Below are positions 30,582-40,383 of a DNA stretch of 49,165 nucleotides, one piece after another. A program made the position numbers and the translations under genes. The notes beneath the pieces are model-generated. The model ran no database searches. It was given only the letters and a program-made list of their open reading frames with translations, and was not told where the DNA came from. Source of the stretch: an uncultured Alphaproteobacteria bacterium (GTDB taxonomy: Bacteria; Pseudomonadota; Alphaproteobacteria; GCA-002720895); assembly GCA_964396035.1 (NCBI GenBank), contig CAYNCC010000001.1, positions 1 to 49,165 of the forward strand, written 5' to 3'. Numbering within the stretch: the stretch's first letter is position 1; every line of letters begins with the position of its first letter.

Positions 30582-31061
30582 TTATCTTTCTACATCCATA
30601 GTCGTAACTGATCTTCTATTTTGTGACCATGCATCTTCGAAAGCACCTTCAACATCTGGTCTTTCTTTTCCAAATGAAACAAGACTTACTCTTTCAGGAG
30701 CAACGCCTAGAGAAACTAAATAATTCTTTGTAGCGTTGGCTCTTCTTTCGCCTAATGCTAAATTATATTCCCTTGTGCCTCTTTCATCACAATGACCTTC
30801 AATTAAAACATATTTAGTTGGGTTTTCATCTAGCCAATTTGCTTGAAGATCTAATGTTGCTTCATCTTCACCATCAAGAATATACTCATCATAACCAAAG
30901 AAAATCTTAGCAGGAACCGTCAAACCTTTATCTAAATAAGACATTCCGCCTTTTTCATATAGACCGGTTGTGACATCTTCAACTGCACCTTGTTGTTGAG
31001 CACAGTTTGCTAATATTAAAATAAATAAAACTGATAATAAAGATCTAATATTCATAATCAT
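30582..31061 (-). CDS. pal: Peptidoglycan-associated lipoprotein
   Basis: Lipobox LANCA and an OmpA-like domain (GHCDERGTREYNLALGERRA). Confidence 0.92.
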   Translation of the reverse strand: MIMNIRSLLSVLFILILANCAQQQGAVEDVTTGLYEKGGMSYLDKGLTVPAKIFFGYDEYILDGEDEATLDLQANWLDENPTKYVLIEGHCDERGTREYNLALGERRANATKNYLVSLGVAPERVSLVSFGKERPDVEGAFEDAWSQNRRSVTTMDVER

Positions 31062-31147
31062 ACATCTCCCATTAATAATAAGCTATTAGCTAAATATAAA
31101 CTTAGCATAAGTATAATATCATGAATAAGTTATACAAGCATTTTTTT

Positions 31148-32467
31148 CTATTGAAGTAAAGGAGACCATGCAGGGTCTGAGGCTTCTAATGGTGTTATAA
31201 TCTCTTTTTCATTAAATCCAGTTAAATCAATTAGATAAATCCTCGTTTTCCCATCTTTTTTATTTTTAGGGTAATCTTTTTTAGTATATGCAATCATACG
31301 ACCATTAGGTGTCCATGTTGGTCCTTCAACTAAAAAACCTTTTGCTATAACTCTTTCTCCTTTACCTTCTGGAGTCATCACACCTATATAAAATGTTTTT
31401 TTATAAAATTTTGTAAATGCTATGTAATCACCTCTTGGAGACCAAACTGGTGTAGAATAATTTCCTTTACCAAAGCTAATTCTTTTAATTTTTTTACCTT
31501 GATTTGTCATTACATAAAGTTGTGGAGACCCTCCTCTATCAGAATTAAATACTATTCTTTTACTATTTGGTGAATAAGAAGGTGATGTGTCAATTCCTCT
31601 ATATTTTGTTATTTGTTTAGTTATATTTGTTTTTAAATTTAAAGTATAAATATCAGAATTTACTTCATGAGCTAATGTCATAATAACTTCATCGCCTAAT
31701 GGGGAAAATCTAGGTGCAAAAGTCATTCCAGGAAAATCACCTACAACCTCTTGTTTTCCTGTTTCAATATCCAAAAGATATACTCTAGGAATTCTCCCTA
31801 TATATGATAAATAAGTTAATTCTTGTTGAGAGGGAGAGAATCTTGGTGTTAAAACTAAGTTTTTTCCATTAGTTAAAAATCGATGATTTCCTCCATCTTG
31901 GTCCATTATTGCTAAACGTTTTATTCTTTTTTTCATTGGCCCACTTTCTGCAACATAAGCAATTCTTGTATCAAAATAACCTATTTCTCCTGTTAATCTT
32001 TCATAAATTTTATCGGCAATGCGATGTGAAATTTGTCTCCAATTGCTTCTTGTTGTATTGAATGCCCAACCAGCCATTTGTTGTTCTGCAAAAACATCCC
32101 ATAATCTAAATTCTATTCTTATGTTTCCATCTTCTTTGACTGCAACCGATCCAACAATTAATGCTTGAGCATTAATTACTCTCCAATCTGCAAATTTTGG
32201 AAGGATATTGATGTTTGAAATTTCTTCTATATATGCTTTTGGGTCTATTACTCTAAATAATCCTGAATTTTCTAAATCTTTCATAACTAAATTAGATATC
32301 TGATTTCCTAAAGTTTTTTCTTCTTCAATAATGCCAATAAAATTATTTATACCTATTGGAGTTGGTTCAGTGTATCCACTTGTTATATCAATTTTTAATT
32401 CCGCATTAGAATATGGAATTAAAATAAAAAATGCAAAAAAGATTAATATTATTTTTTTAAAAAACAT
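31148..32467 (-). CDS. tolB: Tol-Pal system beta-propeller protein TolB
   Basis: Signal peptide, N-terminal TolB domain, repeated P-x-x-SPDG-like propeller blades (PRFSP, PSYSPN, PVWSPRG, PTWTPNG). Confidence 0.92.
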   Translation of the reverse strand: MFFKKIILIFFAFFILIPYSNAELKIDITSGYTEPTPIGINNFIGIIEEEKTLGNQISNLVMKDLENSGLFRVIDPKAYIEEISNINILPKFADWRVINAQALIVGSVAVKEDGNIRIEFRLWDVFAEQQMAGWAFNTTRSNWRQISHRIADKIYERLTGEIGYFDTRIAYVAESGPMKKRIKRLAIMDQDGGNHRFLTNGKNLVLTPRFSPSQQELTYLSYIGRIPRVYLLDIETGKQEVVGDFPGMTFAPRFSPLGDEVIMTLAHEVNSDIYTLNLKTNITKQITKYRGIDTSPSYSPNSKRIVFNSDRGGSPQLYVMTNQGKKIKRISFGKGNYSTPVWSPRGDYIAFTKFYKKTFYIGVMTPEGKGERVIAKGFLVEGPTWTPNGRMIAYTKKDYPKNKKDGKTRIYLIDLTGFNEKEIITPLEASDPAWSPLLQ

Positions 32468-32472
32468 TTTAA

Positions 32473-33315
32473 TTAATAACCAATAACATTTTTTGGATCA
32501 AAGTTTAAAGTAATATTTTTCCATTTATCATATTTATCTATTGGAAGCGGTGCATTTCGACATCTAGGATTAAGCACAGCTCTTAAAGCGCTTTCAGCTG
32601 CAGTTCTAAAATATCGGTCTCTTTTCATACGGTTTATATCTAATATTCTTGCATCTAAAACATTCCCTTCTTTATTGAATCTAACTTTGATCTCAGCTGC
32701 TAGATTGCCTGCCTCTCTTGCGCCTGAAGGAATATTCCAGCATTGTTCAAAATGTCTTCGAATGGCATCTTCTTCACTTATTGTTAATGATATACCAAGT
32801 TTTTGAGGTGTTGCTTTTTTTTTATCCACTTCCACTTCTTTTTTTTTATCTTTATTCTTTTTTTCACCAAAATCTTTAGTAACTTCTTCAATAGATTTAA
32901 AAACACTTGTAAGTGTGTTAGGTTTTTTTTTTATTTTATCTATCTTAATAATGGTTTTTTTTTTAACTTTTTTTGTTTTTGGTTTACTTAAAGCTATTGC
33001 ATCATCATCTTCTTGATCAATTGATTGCTCTTCAAATTTTTGATTTTCTGATTTCTCAGTTGATTGAATATTCTTTGAATCATCTACAAAATCCTTTTTA
33101 AAATTAATTTTTGGTGCAGCGGTTTTGTCACTAATATTTATAATTTCTATCGGCAATGGTGGTAAAAACTCTGATCTATATTTAAACAAATTAGGAAGGC
33201 CATAATAACAAAGATACACAATCAAAATATGGAGAATAATTGATTGTATTAGATAATTTTTTTTATCTAATATTTCATTCTTTAATGGTTGAAAAAAAAA
33301 ATATTTAATATTCAT
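32473..33315 (-). CDS. tolA: Cell envelope integrity protein TolA
   Basis: N-terminal TM helix, lysine/glutamate-rich linker, C-terminal TonB/TolA-like domain. Position in the tolQRAB cluster. Confidence 0.8.
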   Translation of the reverse strand: MNIKYFFFQPLKNEILDKKNYLIQSIILHILIVYLCYYGLPNLFKYRSEFLPPLPIEIINISDKTAAPKINFKKDFVDDSKNIQSTEKSENQKFEEQSIDQEDDDAIALSKPKTKKVKKKTIIKIDKIKKKPNTLTSVFKSIEEVTKDFGEKKNKDKKKEVEVDKKKATPQKLGISLTISEEDAIRRHFEQCWNIPSGAREAGNLAAEIKVRFNKEGNVLDARILDINRMKRDRYFRTAAESALRAVLNPRCRNAPLPIDKYDKWKNITLNFDPKNVIGY

Positions 33316-33786
33316 TTATTTTTTTTTTAATTTTGGTTTTAGTTTTGGTTTTGGAAAATCTGTTACTAAAGCAATTTTATTAAAACCAGCTGAACTTATT
33401 AATCCCATAATTTTAACAACTTCGCCGTAGGACAAAATTTTATCAGCACGAATGAATATTTTTCTATCACTTTTATTTTTTGATATAGCAATAAGTCTCG
33501 GTACTAAATTTTCTAAATCTATTTCACTATCTTGTAAAAAAATTTTTTCATCTTTACTAATAGTTATAGATAAAGGGGTTTGATCTTCAGGTAATGCTTT
33601 TGCTTTTGTCTTCGGAAGATTGATTGGAATTCCAACAGTTAGTAAAGGCGCTGTTATCATAAAAATAACTAAAAGAACAAGCATAACATCAACCATAGGT
33701 GTTACATTGATTTGACTAATAGTTTTATTTCTTTTCAAAATTCTTGAAAATTTTAAACTATTATTTCTTTGAACATTACCAATCAT
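33316..33786 (-). CDS. tolR: Tol-Pal system protein TolR (ExbD family)
   Basis: INVTPMVDVMLVLLVIFMI motif. Size and position after tolQ. Confidence 0.88.
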   Translation of the reverse strand: MIGNVQRNNSLKFSRILKRNKTISQINVTPMVDVMLVLLVIFMITAPLLTVGIPINLPKTKAKALPEDQTPLSITISKDEKIFLQDSEIDLENLVPRLIAISKNKSDRKIFIRADKILSYGEVVKIMGLISSAGFNKIALVTDFPKPKLKPKLKKK

Positions 33787-33792
33787 CTTTTT

Positions 33793-34488
33793 TTATTTCC
33801 TTGTGACGCGACTAACAAATTCTTGGGCAAAAGTTTCTAAGCGAAGAGAATAATTGTCCAAAACACTAGATATTTTATTATAAGCAATAACTGCTGGTAT
33901 AGCAGCTATTGAACCTAATGCAGTTGCAAACAAAGCTTCTGCTATTCCAGGAGCGACAACTGCTAAACTAGTGTTTTTAGTTATTCCTATTGCCTGAAAA
34001 CTATTCATTATTCCCCAAACAGTTCCAAATAAACCAACAAATGGTGCAGCCGAACCTAAAGAAGCAAGAAATATCATATTTTTTTCTAACTTTGTCATTT
34101 CATTATTAATTGAAGAAATCAGTACATTGTTTAATCTTGATTCCATCTGATCTTTTAATTTTGTTCCTCGAATTCTCAGCCATTCAATCATAGCTTTATT
34201 AAATACTGCAATCATAGCATGATCGTTTTGCCCTTCAGTTTTTGAATATAATTCTTCTACTGAATTAGTTGACCAAAATAAATCTTCAAATTTCTTAGTT
34301 ACAGTTGTAATTTGTTTAATTTTCTTTGCCTTATTGATAATAATAGTCCAGCTCCATATAGAAGAAAAAAACAATCCAGCTATAACCATTTTTACAATGG
34401 GGTCTGCTCTTAAGAACAAAGATAAAATAGATAGATCGTATGTCCCATTTTGAACTAAATTAACAGCATCTACAGCTTGGTTTTCCAT
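33793..34488 (-). CDS. tolQ: Tol-Pal system protein TolQ (MotA/ExbB family)
   Basis: Three TM helices and the conserved LASLGSAAPFVGLFGTVWGIM segment. Confidence 0.9.
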   Translation of the reverse strand: MENQAVDAVNLVQNGTYDLSILSLFLRADPIVKMVIAGLFFSSIWSWTIIINKAKKIKQITTVTKKFEDLFWSTNSVEELYSKTEGQNDHAMIAVFNKAMIEWLRIRGTKLKDQMESRLNNVLISSINNEMTKLEKNMIFLASLGSAAPFVGLFGTVWGIMNSFQAIGITKNTSLAVVAPGIAEALFATALGSIAAIPAVIAYNKISSVLDNYSLRLETFAQEFVSRVTRK

Positions 34489-34558
34489 AATTTTATTTTA
34501 CTATTCTAAAATTATAACGAAAAAAACAAAGTATTATTTCTTTATAAAAATATAAAAC

Positions 34559-34867
34559 TTATTTTTTTTTAACTATATCAGATACTTTTTCCAAATCATC
34601 ACTGTGAACCATAACCCAAAAACCTGGTCTACCTGATTCACATAATGCAATAACTGGGGTTTTAGACTCTTTTTTCGCCATTTCATTTGTCTCGTCCCAT
34701 AGTGAAATTACTGAGTGTTTTTTTCTAAGCTTACATTCGACAAATAAATCTTGATGCAGAGAATCAGAACGTGTATGTCTTGAACTTCCGCCACTTAAAG
34801 GAGTTCTGTTCGTATTAAAATACTTAGCAACTTGTCTTTCTCTAGCTTTCCAGGTTTTATCTGCCAT
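34559..34867 (-). CDS. Small PD-(D/E)XK nuclease-fold protein, Hjc-like (putative Holliday junction resolvase)
   Basis: 102 aa with ARERQVAKYF, RTPLSGG, D35 and the strand DLFVECK (E-x-K), then TPVIALCESGRPGFWVMV. This layout resembles archaeal Hjc. It sits between the yebC-family gene and tolQ. Confidence 0.45.
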   Translation of the reverse strand: MADKTWKARERQVAKYFNTNRTPLSGGSSRHTRSDSLHQDLFVECKLRKKHSVISLWDETNEMAKKESKTPVIALCESGRPGFWVMVHSDDLEKVSDIVKKK

Positions 34868-34872
34868 AATTT

Positions 34873-35628
34873 TTAATAATTATCAAAGTCTATTGTATCA
34901 AAAACTTCTTTTGAAATATCATAATTTGAAGATATATTCTGAACATCTTCATTGTCTTCCAATTGATTAATAAGATTAAAAAGTTTCTTACCTTCTTCTT
35001 TGTCAACATTAACTTTTGTTTTTGATATCCAAGTTAAAGATACTGAGATTGGTTCTATTGATAACTCAGCAATTTTTTCTTTTATAGTAATAATTTTTTC
35101 TGGGTTACAATAAATTATATAATTCTCATCTTCATTAACAATATCATCAGCTCCGACCTCAACTGCTAAATCAAAAATTTTACCTTCTAAATTTTTATCT
35201 GCTTTATAAACTAATTCGCCTTTTCTTGTAAAACTATGCGATACACTTCCATTTTCAGCAATTGACCCCCCATTTTTAGAAAAAATTTGTCTTATCTCTG
35301 AAATTGTTCTATTTTTATTATCTGTCATTGTTTCCACAATTAATGAAGTTCCTCCTGGTCCAAACCCTTCATATTTGATTTCTTCTAAATTGTCAGTTTC
35401 ATTGCTAGAGCCTTTTTTGATAGCTCTTTCTATATTTTCTTTAGGAACATTAGCAGCTTTTGCAGCATCGATAGCGGTTCGTAATCTATGGTTTGAATCT
35501 GGTTCGGTTCCTCCTTGTTTTAAAGCAATTTGAATTTCTCTTCCTAATTTTGCAAAAATTTTAGCTCTTTTTTTATCTTTTGCTCCTTTGCGGAACATTA
35601 TATTTTTAAATTTCGAGTGTCCAGCCAT
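34873..35628 (-). CDS. YebC/PmpR-family DNA-binding regulator
   Basis: MAGHSKFKNIMFRKG N-terminus and full-length family match by eye. Confidence 0.9.
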   Translation of the reverse strand: MAGHSKFKNIMFRKGAKDKKRAKIFAKLGREIQIALKQGGTEPDSNHRLRTAIDAAKAANVPKENIERAIKKGSSNETDNLEEIKYEGFGPGGTSLIVETMTDNKNRTISEIRQIFSKNGGSIAENGSVSHSFTRKGELVYKADKNLEGKIFDLAVEVGADDIVNEDENYIIYCNPEKIITIKEKIAELSIEPISVSLTWISKTKVNVDKEEGKKLFNLINQLEDNEDVQNISSNYDISKEVFDTIDFDNY

Positions 35629-35652
35629 ACAAAATATATAATAATTCTAATT

Positions 35653-36459
35653 CTAGGACCAATTGCTTTGAAGTTTTCCGTCAACTATTATAGGCCTTAT
35701 TGATTTTGCCATGCCATTTCTATCATCAGTTTCCACAAAAACTCCTGATAGAGTTGCTTCTCCTGAAGCTGGGGATATACCTCCCACTGGTATTTTTCTT
35801 CTAAATCTCTCAAGAGATTTCTTTTTATCCATACCAATTATTGAATCATAATCTCCACACATACCTAAGTCAGTAATATAAGCAGTTCCATTATCTAAAA
35901 TACGAGCATCTGCTGTAGGAACATGTGTATGTGTTCCAACAATCAAGCTTACTTTTCCATCGAATTCAAATCCCATCGCCATTTTTTCACTTGTTGCTTC
36001 ACAATGAATATCAATTACTGATGCATGAATATCCGAGCCTAACAAATTACTACTAATTATTTTCTTTGTAGAGTCAAAAGGATCATCAAGAGGATTCATG
36101 AAAACTCTACCCATTACATTAATAACCATTATTTTTTTTTGTTTTTTCTCATAAATACCATATCCATTTCCTGGGGTATCATTAGGATAATTGGCAGGTC
36201 TTAATAATCTTTTTTCTTTATCAATAAAATTTAGAACATCTCTATTATCAAAAATATGATTCCCTCCAGTGATTACATCGATTCCAGAATTAAATAAATC
36301 ATCACATATTGTTTTTGTAATGCCTCTTCCATGTGAGGCATTTTCTCCATTAACTAAAATAAAATCAGGATTTAAATTCTTTTTAAAATATGGAAGTTTT
36401 TTTATTAAGGCATCTCTTCCTGATCTACCAAAAATATCACCAAAAAAAAGGATTTTCAT
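35653..36459 (-). CDS. YmdB-like metallophosphoesterase (TIGR00282 type)
   Basis: MKILFFGDIFGRSGR, VNGENASHGRGIT, GNHIFD and GTHTHV metal-binding motifs. Confidence 0.85.
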   Translation of the reverse strand: MKILFFGDIFGRSGRDALIKKLPYFKKNLNPDFILVNGENASHGRGITKTICDDLFNSGIDVITGGNHIFDNRDVLNFIDKEKRLLRPANYPNDTPGNGYGIYEKKQKKIMVINVMGRVFMNPLDDPFDSTKKIISSNLLGSDIHASVIDIHCEATSEKMAMGFEFDGKVSLIVGTHTHVPTADARILDNGTAYITDLGMCGDYDSIIGMDKKKSLERFRRKIPVGGISPASGEATLSGVFVETDDRNGMAKSIRPIIVDGKLQSNWS

Positions 36460-36803
36460 TTATTAAGAGATTGGAAATGATTAATCAAATTATGTATTTT
36501 ATCTTTAATCAAAGAATTTTTTTCCGAATTTTTTTGTTTTAGGTCTTCAAGATCTTTTTTATAGTTTTTTCCATATGGATTATCTATTTTAGCGCTCTCC
36601 TTTTGTATCTTTTCTAATTCTTCACATAACAAAATACCAGCTAAAACTAACAATCTTGGATGATCGACATTTTTTACTTTAAGTGATAAATTACTTACTC
36701 TTTCACTAAATTGTTTTGAAAGTTGTAGAACATATTTTTCTTTGCTTTTATCACAAGTGATGTCATAAAATCTTCCATGAACATTTATTCTAAGATTGGA
36801 CAT
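36456..36803 (-). CDS. zapA: Cell division protein ZapA-like
   Basis: 115 aa. INVHGRFYDITCD N-terminus and a C-terminal coiled coil. Divergent from tkt, as in many Alphaproteobacteria. Confidence 0.6.
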   Translation of the reverse strand: MSNLRINVHGRFYDITCDKSKEKYVLQLSKQFSERVSNLSLKVKNVDHPRLLVLAGILLCEELEKIQKESAKIDNPYGKNYKKDLEDLKQKNSEKNSLIKDKIHNLINHFQSLNK

Positions 36804-36976
36804 TATTTGTTTTTTTTAAATAAAATTTTTAAATTTATACATATATTTAAAGTATATATGTAAAGTATATTTTTTTATTTTATAATTAATAGCATAAATT
36901 AGGTTTGTAAAATAATAAGAATCAAATTGTGAAAGTCAAAAAAATTTTAAAATTAAACCATCTGAATTTAAATCTT

Positions 36977-38944
36977 ATGTCTAATGCTATAAGATTCTTA
37001 TCAGCAGATGCGGTAGAAAAAGCTAATTCAGGACATCCGGGAATGCCTATGGGAATGTCAGATGTAGCAACAATTCTTTTTAAATATTTTTTAAAGTTTA
37101 ATTCAAAAAACCCTTCATGGCCTGATAGAGATAGATTTATCTTATCAGCCGGTCATGGTTCGATGCTTTTATATTCTTTATTGTATTTAACTGGTTATAA
37201 AAAAATGACCATTGATCAAATTAAGAAATTTAGACAACTTAATAGTTTAACTCCTGGCCATCCCGAATATCATCTAACTGAAGGTGTTGAAACTACAACC
37301 GGACCTCTTGGCCAAGGTTTAGCAAATTCAGTTGGCATGGCTATAGCTGAAAAACATTTGGCATCAAAATTTGGAAAAAAATTAGTAAACCATTTTACAT
37401 ATGTTGTTGTTGGAGATGGATGTTTAATGGAAGGAATAAGTCATGAATCTATTTCATTGGCTGGTCATCTAAATTTAAATAAATTAATTGTTTTATTTGA
37501 CGATAATCAAGTATCAATTGATGGGCCTACTAATCTTGCTACATCTGAAAACCATTTAAATAGATTTAAATCATGTAATTGGAACGTTCAAAAAATTAAT
37601 GGACATAATTTTCAAGAAATTTATAACGCAATTAAAAAAGCAAAATTATCAAATAAACCATCTTTAATAGCTTGCAAAACTACAATTGGTTATGGATCGC
37701 CAAATAAAGCAGGAAAAAATACTAGTCATGGTGCTGCTCTGGGAATAGAAGAAATAAATAAAACAAGAAAGAAATTAAAATGGGAACATCCTCCATTTGT
37801 CATCCCTAAGAATATTCTTGATTTGTGGAGACAAACAAATTTGAAGGGTTTAAAAGAAAATAAAAAATGGGAAAATAATTTTAAAAAAATAAATAATAAA
37901 AAGAAAAAAATTTTTTTAGATTGCCTAAAAACAAAACTCCCAACGAATGCTTTTATAGAATTTAAAAAGTTAAAGAAGAAATTTCAAATGAATTCTGAAT
38001 TAATTGCTACAAGAAAAGCATCAAATTTAGCAATAAATTCTTTATCAAAAAACATTTCTTTTTTATTTGGAGGTTCTGCTGATTTAACGGAATCTAATTT
38101 AACAAAATCAAAAAATCAAAAAGTATTTAATAAAAATAATTCTAAAGGAACGTATATTTATTTTGGTGTTAGAGAGCATGCAATGATCGCTTCTCTTACA
38201 GGAATGTCATTGCATGGAGGCATAACGCCTTATGGTGGAACATTTCTAATATTTACAGATTATTGTAGACCATCGATCAGATTAGCTTCACTTATGAAAC
38301 AAAAAATTATATATATTATGACACATGACTCAATAGGATTAGGTGAAGACGGTCCTACTCATCAACCAATAGAACATTTAGCAAGCTTAAGAGCGATCCC
38401 TAATTTAAATGTTTTTAGACCTTGCGATTCTATAGAAACACTTGAATGTTGGGAAATTGCATTAAAAGAAAATAAACCATCAATAATATCTTTGACTAGA
38501 CAAAATGTTAAAACTTTGAGAACAGATAATTTGTCAAAAAACTTATCAAATCAAGGAGCTTATATCATTTCTGAAACTCACAAAAATAAAAGAGACTTAA
38601 CAATCTTGGCAACTGGTTCTGAAGTATCAATAGCTATAGAAGCAAAAGAAAAATTAGAAGAATCAGGTTTAAATGTAGTTATTGTTTCAATGCCTTGTTG
38701 GGAAGTTTTTGACAAACAAACAAAGGTATTTAAAGAAAAAATTTTAGGACCTATAAATAGAAGAATTGCAATTGAAGCTGCATCAAAATTTGGGTGGTCA
38801 AAGTATGTAAAAAATGATAAATATATTTTAGCTTTAGATAATTTTGGTGCATCTGCTCCAGCTCAAGATATTTATAATCATTTTGGTCTTAATTCTAGGA
38901 ATCTTGAAACATTAGGAAAAAAAATAATAAAAGAAAATAAATAA
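36977..38944 (+). CDS. tkt: Transketolase
   Basis: SGHPGMPMG, GDGCLMEG thiamine-diphosphate motif, GEDGPTHQP. The start is placed at ATG 36977 (MSNAIRFLSADAVEKA) rather than the upstream GTG at 36929. Confidence 0.95.
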   Translation: MSNAIRFLSADAVEKANSGHPGMPMGMSDVATILFKYFLKFNSKNPSWPDRDRFILSAGHGSMLLYSLLYLTGYKKMTIDQIKKFRQLNSLTPGHPEYHLTEGVETTTGPLGQGLANSVGMAIAEKHLASKFGKKLVNHFTYVVVGDGCLMEGISHESISLAGHLNLNKLIVLFDDNQVSIDGPTNLATSENHLNRFKSCNWNVQKINGHNFQEIYNAIKKAKLSNKPSLIACKTTIGYGSPNKAGKNTSHGAALGIEEINKTRKKLKWEHPPFVIPKNILDLWRQTNLKGLKENKKWENNFKKINNKKKKIFLDCLKTKLPTNAFIEFKKLKKKFQMNSELIATRKASNLAINSLSKNISFLFGGSADLTESNLTKSKNQKVFNKNNSKGTYIYFGVREHAMIASLTGMSLHGGITPYGGTFLIFTDYCRPSIRLASLMKQKIIYIMTHDSIGLGEDGPTHQPIEHLASLRAIPNLNVFRPCDSIETLECWEIALKENKPSIISLTRQNVKTLRTDNLSKNLSNQGAYIISETHKNKRDLTILATGSEVSIAIEAKEKLEESGLNVVIVSMPCWEVFDKQTKVFKEKILGPINRRIAIEAASKFGWSKYVKNDKYILALDNFGASAPAQDIYNHFGLNSRNLETLGKKIIKENK

Positions 38945-38945
38945 A

Positions 38946-39947
38946 ATGATAAATATAGCAATTAATGGATTTGGAAGAATTGGTAGATTGTTTTTAAGGG
39001 CCTTAAGTGAAAGTAAATTTAAAGAAAATATCAAAGTAAAAATAATCAATGACTTAGCTGATTTGGATTCAAACGTTCATTTGTTTAAATATGACTCAAT
39101 TCATGGTGTTTATAATAGAAAAATTAAAAAAACGAAAAATTCTTTTAATATTGGATATGGTTTTATTGAAACTATATCAGAAAAAGATCCTTTAAAACTG
39201 CCATGGAAAAAAAACAAAATAGACATTGTTATTGAATGCACAGGTATTTTAACATCAAAAAAAGATTCTTTAAAACATATAAAAGCAGGCGCAAAAAAAG
39301 TTATTATATCAGCACCGTCCGATAATCCAGATATTACTGTGGTTTATGGAGTGAATCATAATAGAATTAAAAATGATCATAAAATAATTTCAAATGCATC
39401 GTGCACTACAAACTGTTTAGCGCCAATAGCACATATTTTAAATGAAAAAATTGGTATTAAATACGGTCATATGACAACTATTCATTCTTTTACAGGAGAT
39501 CAAAATATTGTTGATACGTATCACAAAAGTGATTTGAGAAGAGCTAGATCGGCATCATTATCATTAATCCCAACAAAAACAGGAGCGGCCAAATCTATTG
39601 GATTGGTAATACCGTCATTAAATAAAAAACTTGATGGAACAGCAATAAGAGTGCCCACTGCAAATGTAAGTTTAATTGATTTTGTTTTTAATTCTATAAA
39701 CGAAACTTCCGCCAATGAAATTAATAAAATTTGTAAAAACGCAGCAAAAACAAATTTAAAAAATATTTTATCAATTACAAACGAACCCTTAGTTTCTATA
39801 GATTTTAATCATTCACCATTTAGTTCTAATTTTGATACTACACAAACAAAAGTTATTGACAAAAAATTATGCAGAATATTATCTTGGTATGATAATGAAT
39901 GGGGTTTTGCAAATAGATTAGTAGATTTAACAAAATATATTTCTTAA
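38946..39947 (+). CDS. gap: Glyceraldehyde-3-phosphate dehydrogenase
   Basis: INGFGRIGR, active-site SNASCTTNCLAP, WYDNEWGF. Confidence 0.95.
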   Translation: MINIAINGFGRIGRLFLRALSESKFKENIKVKIINDLADLDSNVHLFKYDSIHGVYNRKIKKTKNSFNIGYGFIETISEKDPLKLPWKKNKIDIVIECTGILTSKKDSLKHIKAGAKKVIISAPSDNPDITVVYGVNHNRIKNDHKIISNASCTTNCLAPIAHILNEKIGIKYGHMTTIHSFTGDQNIVDTYHKSDLRRARSASLSLIPTKTGAAKSIGLVIPSLNKKLDGTAIRVPTANVSLIDFVFNSINETSANEINKICKNAAKTNLKNILSITNEPLVSIDFNHSPFSSNFDTTQTKVIDKKLCRILSWYDNEWGFANRLVDLTKYIS

Positions 39948-39963
39948 TTTTTTTTAAAGAAAA

Positions 39964-40380
39964 ATGTCAAACTTAAAACAATTTAAAGTTATTGTTGTTC
40001 ATAATTATAATCACGCATTTTACGCAATGAAAGCTGCTGCGAAAATTAAAAAAAAAATATATATTTTAAGTCCTGAGAATGCAGCTTCATATATGGGGCC
40101 ACTTTTTTTTAAAAAATTATTAAAAAAAGCAGAAAAGTCATTTCCTAGAGTTAAGTATTGTGAGATACTAAACTGCAATAATGATATTGGTTTAGCTTTA
40201 GAAGCAATTCAATGTGGTATAAAAAGTATTGAAATTAAATGTAATCAATTAGTTTTAGAAAAAATAAAAAATATTTGTAAAAAAAAAGGTGTGAGTGTAA
40301 ATAATATTAACAAAAAGAAATTAGACTTAGAATATGTTGAAAATGTTTATGACGAATGCTTAAAGTGGTTTGATAATTAA
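39964..40380 (+). CDS. Hypothetical protein resembling the N-terminal half of class II fructose-bisphosphate aldolase, with catalytic residues replaced
   Basis: By eye: HNYNHAFYAMKAAAKIKKKIYILSPENAASYMG against FNxNNxE..AI..AAE...PVIL..SEGA..YMG. VKYCEILNCNNDIGLALEAIQCGIKSIEI against VPVALHLDHG......AI.AGFTSVMID. KKKGVSVNNIN against HGVSVEAELG. Only 138 aa. Confidence 0.4.
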   Translation: MSNLKQFKVIVVHNYNHAFYAMKAAAKIKKKIYILSPENAASYMGPLFFKKLLKKAEKSFPRVKYCEILNCNNDIGLALEAIQCGIKSIEIKCNQLVLEKIKNICKKKGVSVNNINKKKLDLEYVENVYDECLKWFDN

Positions 40381-40383
40381 TAT

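Noticed and set aside
32800-33000. Repetitive A/T-rich tract that looks like a tandem repeat or CRISPR-like array
   Set aside because: It is the lysine/glutamate-rich linker of TolA on the minus strand. It is low-complexity coding sequence without regular repeat-spacer structure.
36929-36976. GTG start at 36929 for tkt and ATG start at 6137 for the SHOCT protein
   Set aside because: The extra N-terminal residues are unconserved. At 6137 they begin inside the porin terminator's T-tract. The internal ATGs at 36977 and 6203 give the canonical transketolase N-terminus and a proper signal peptide respectively.
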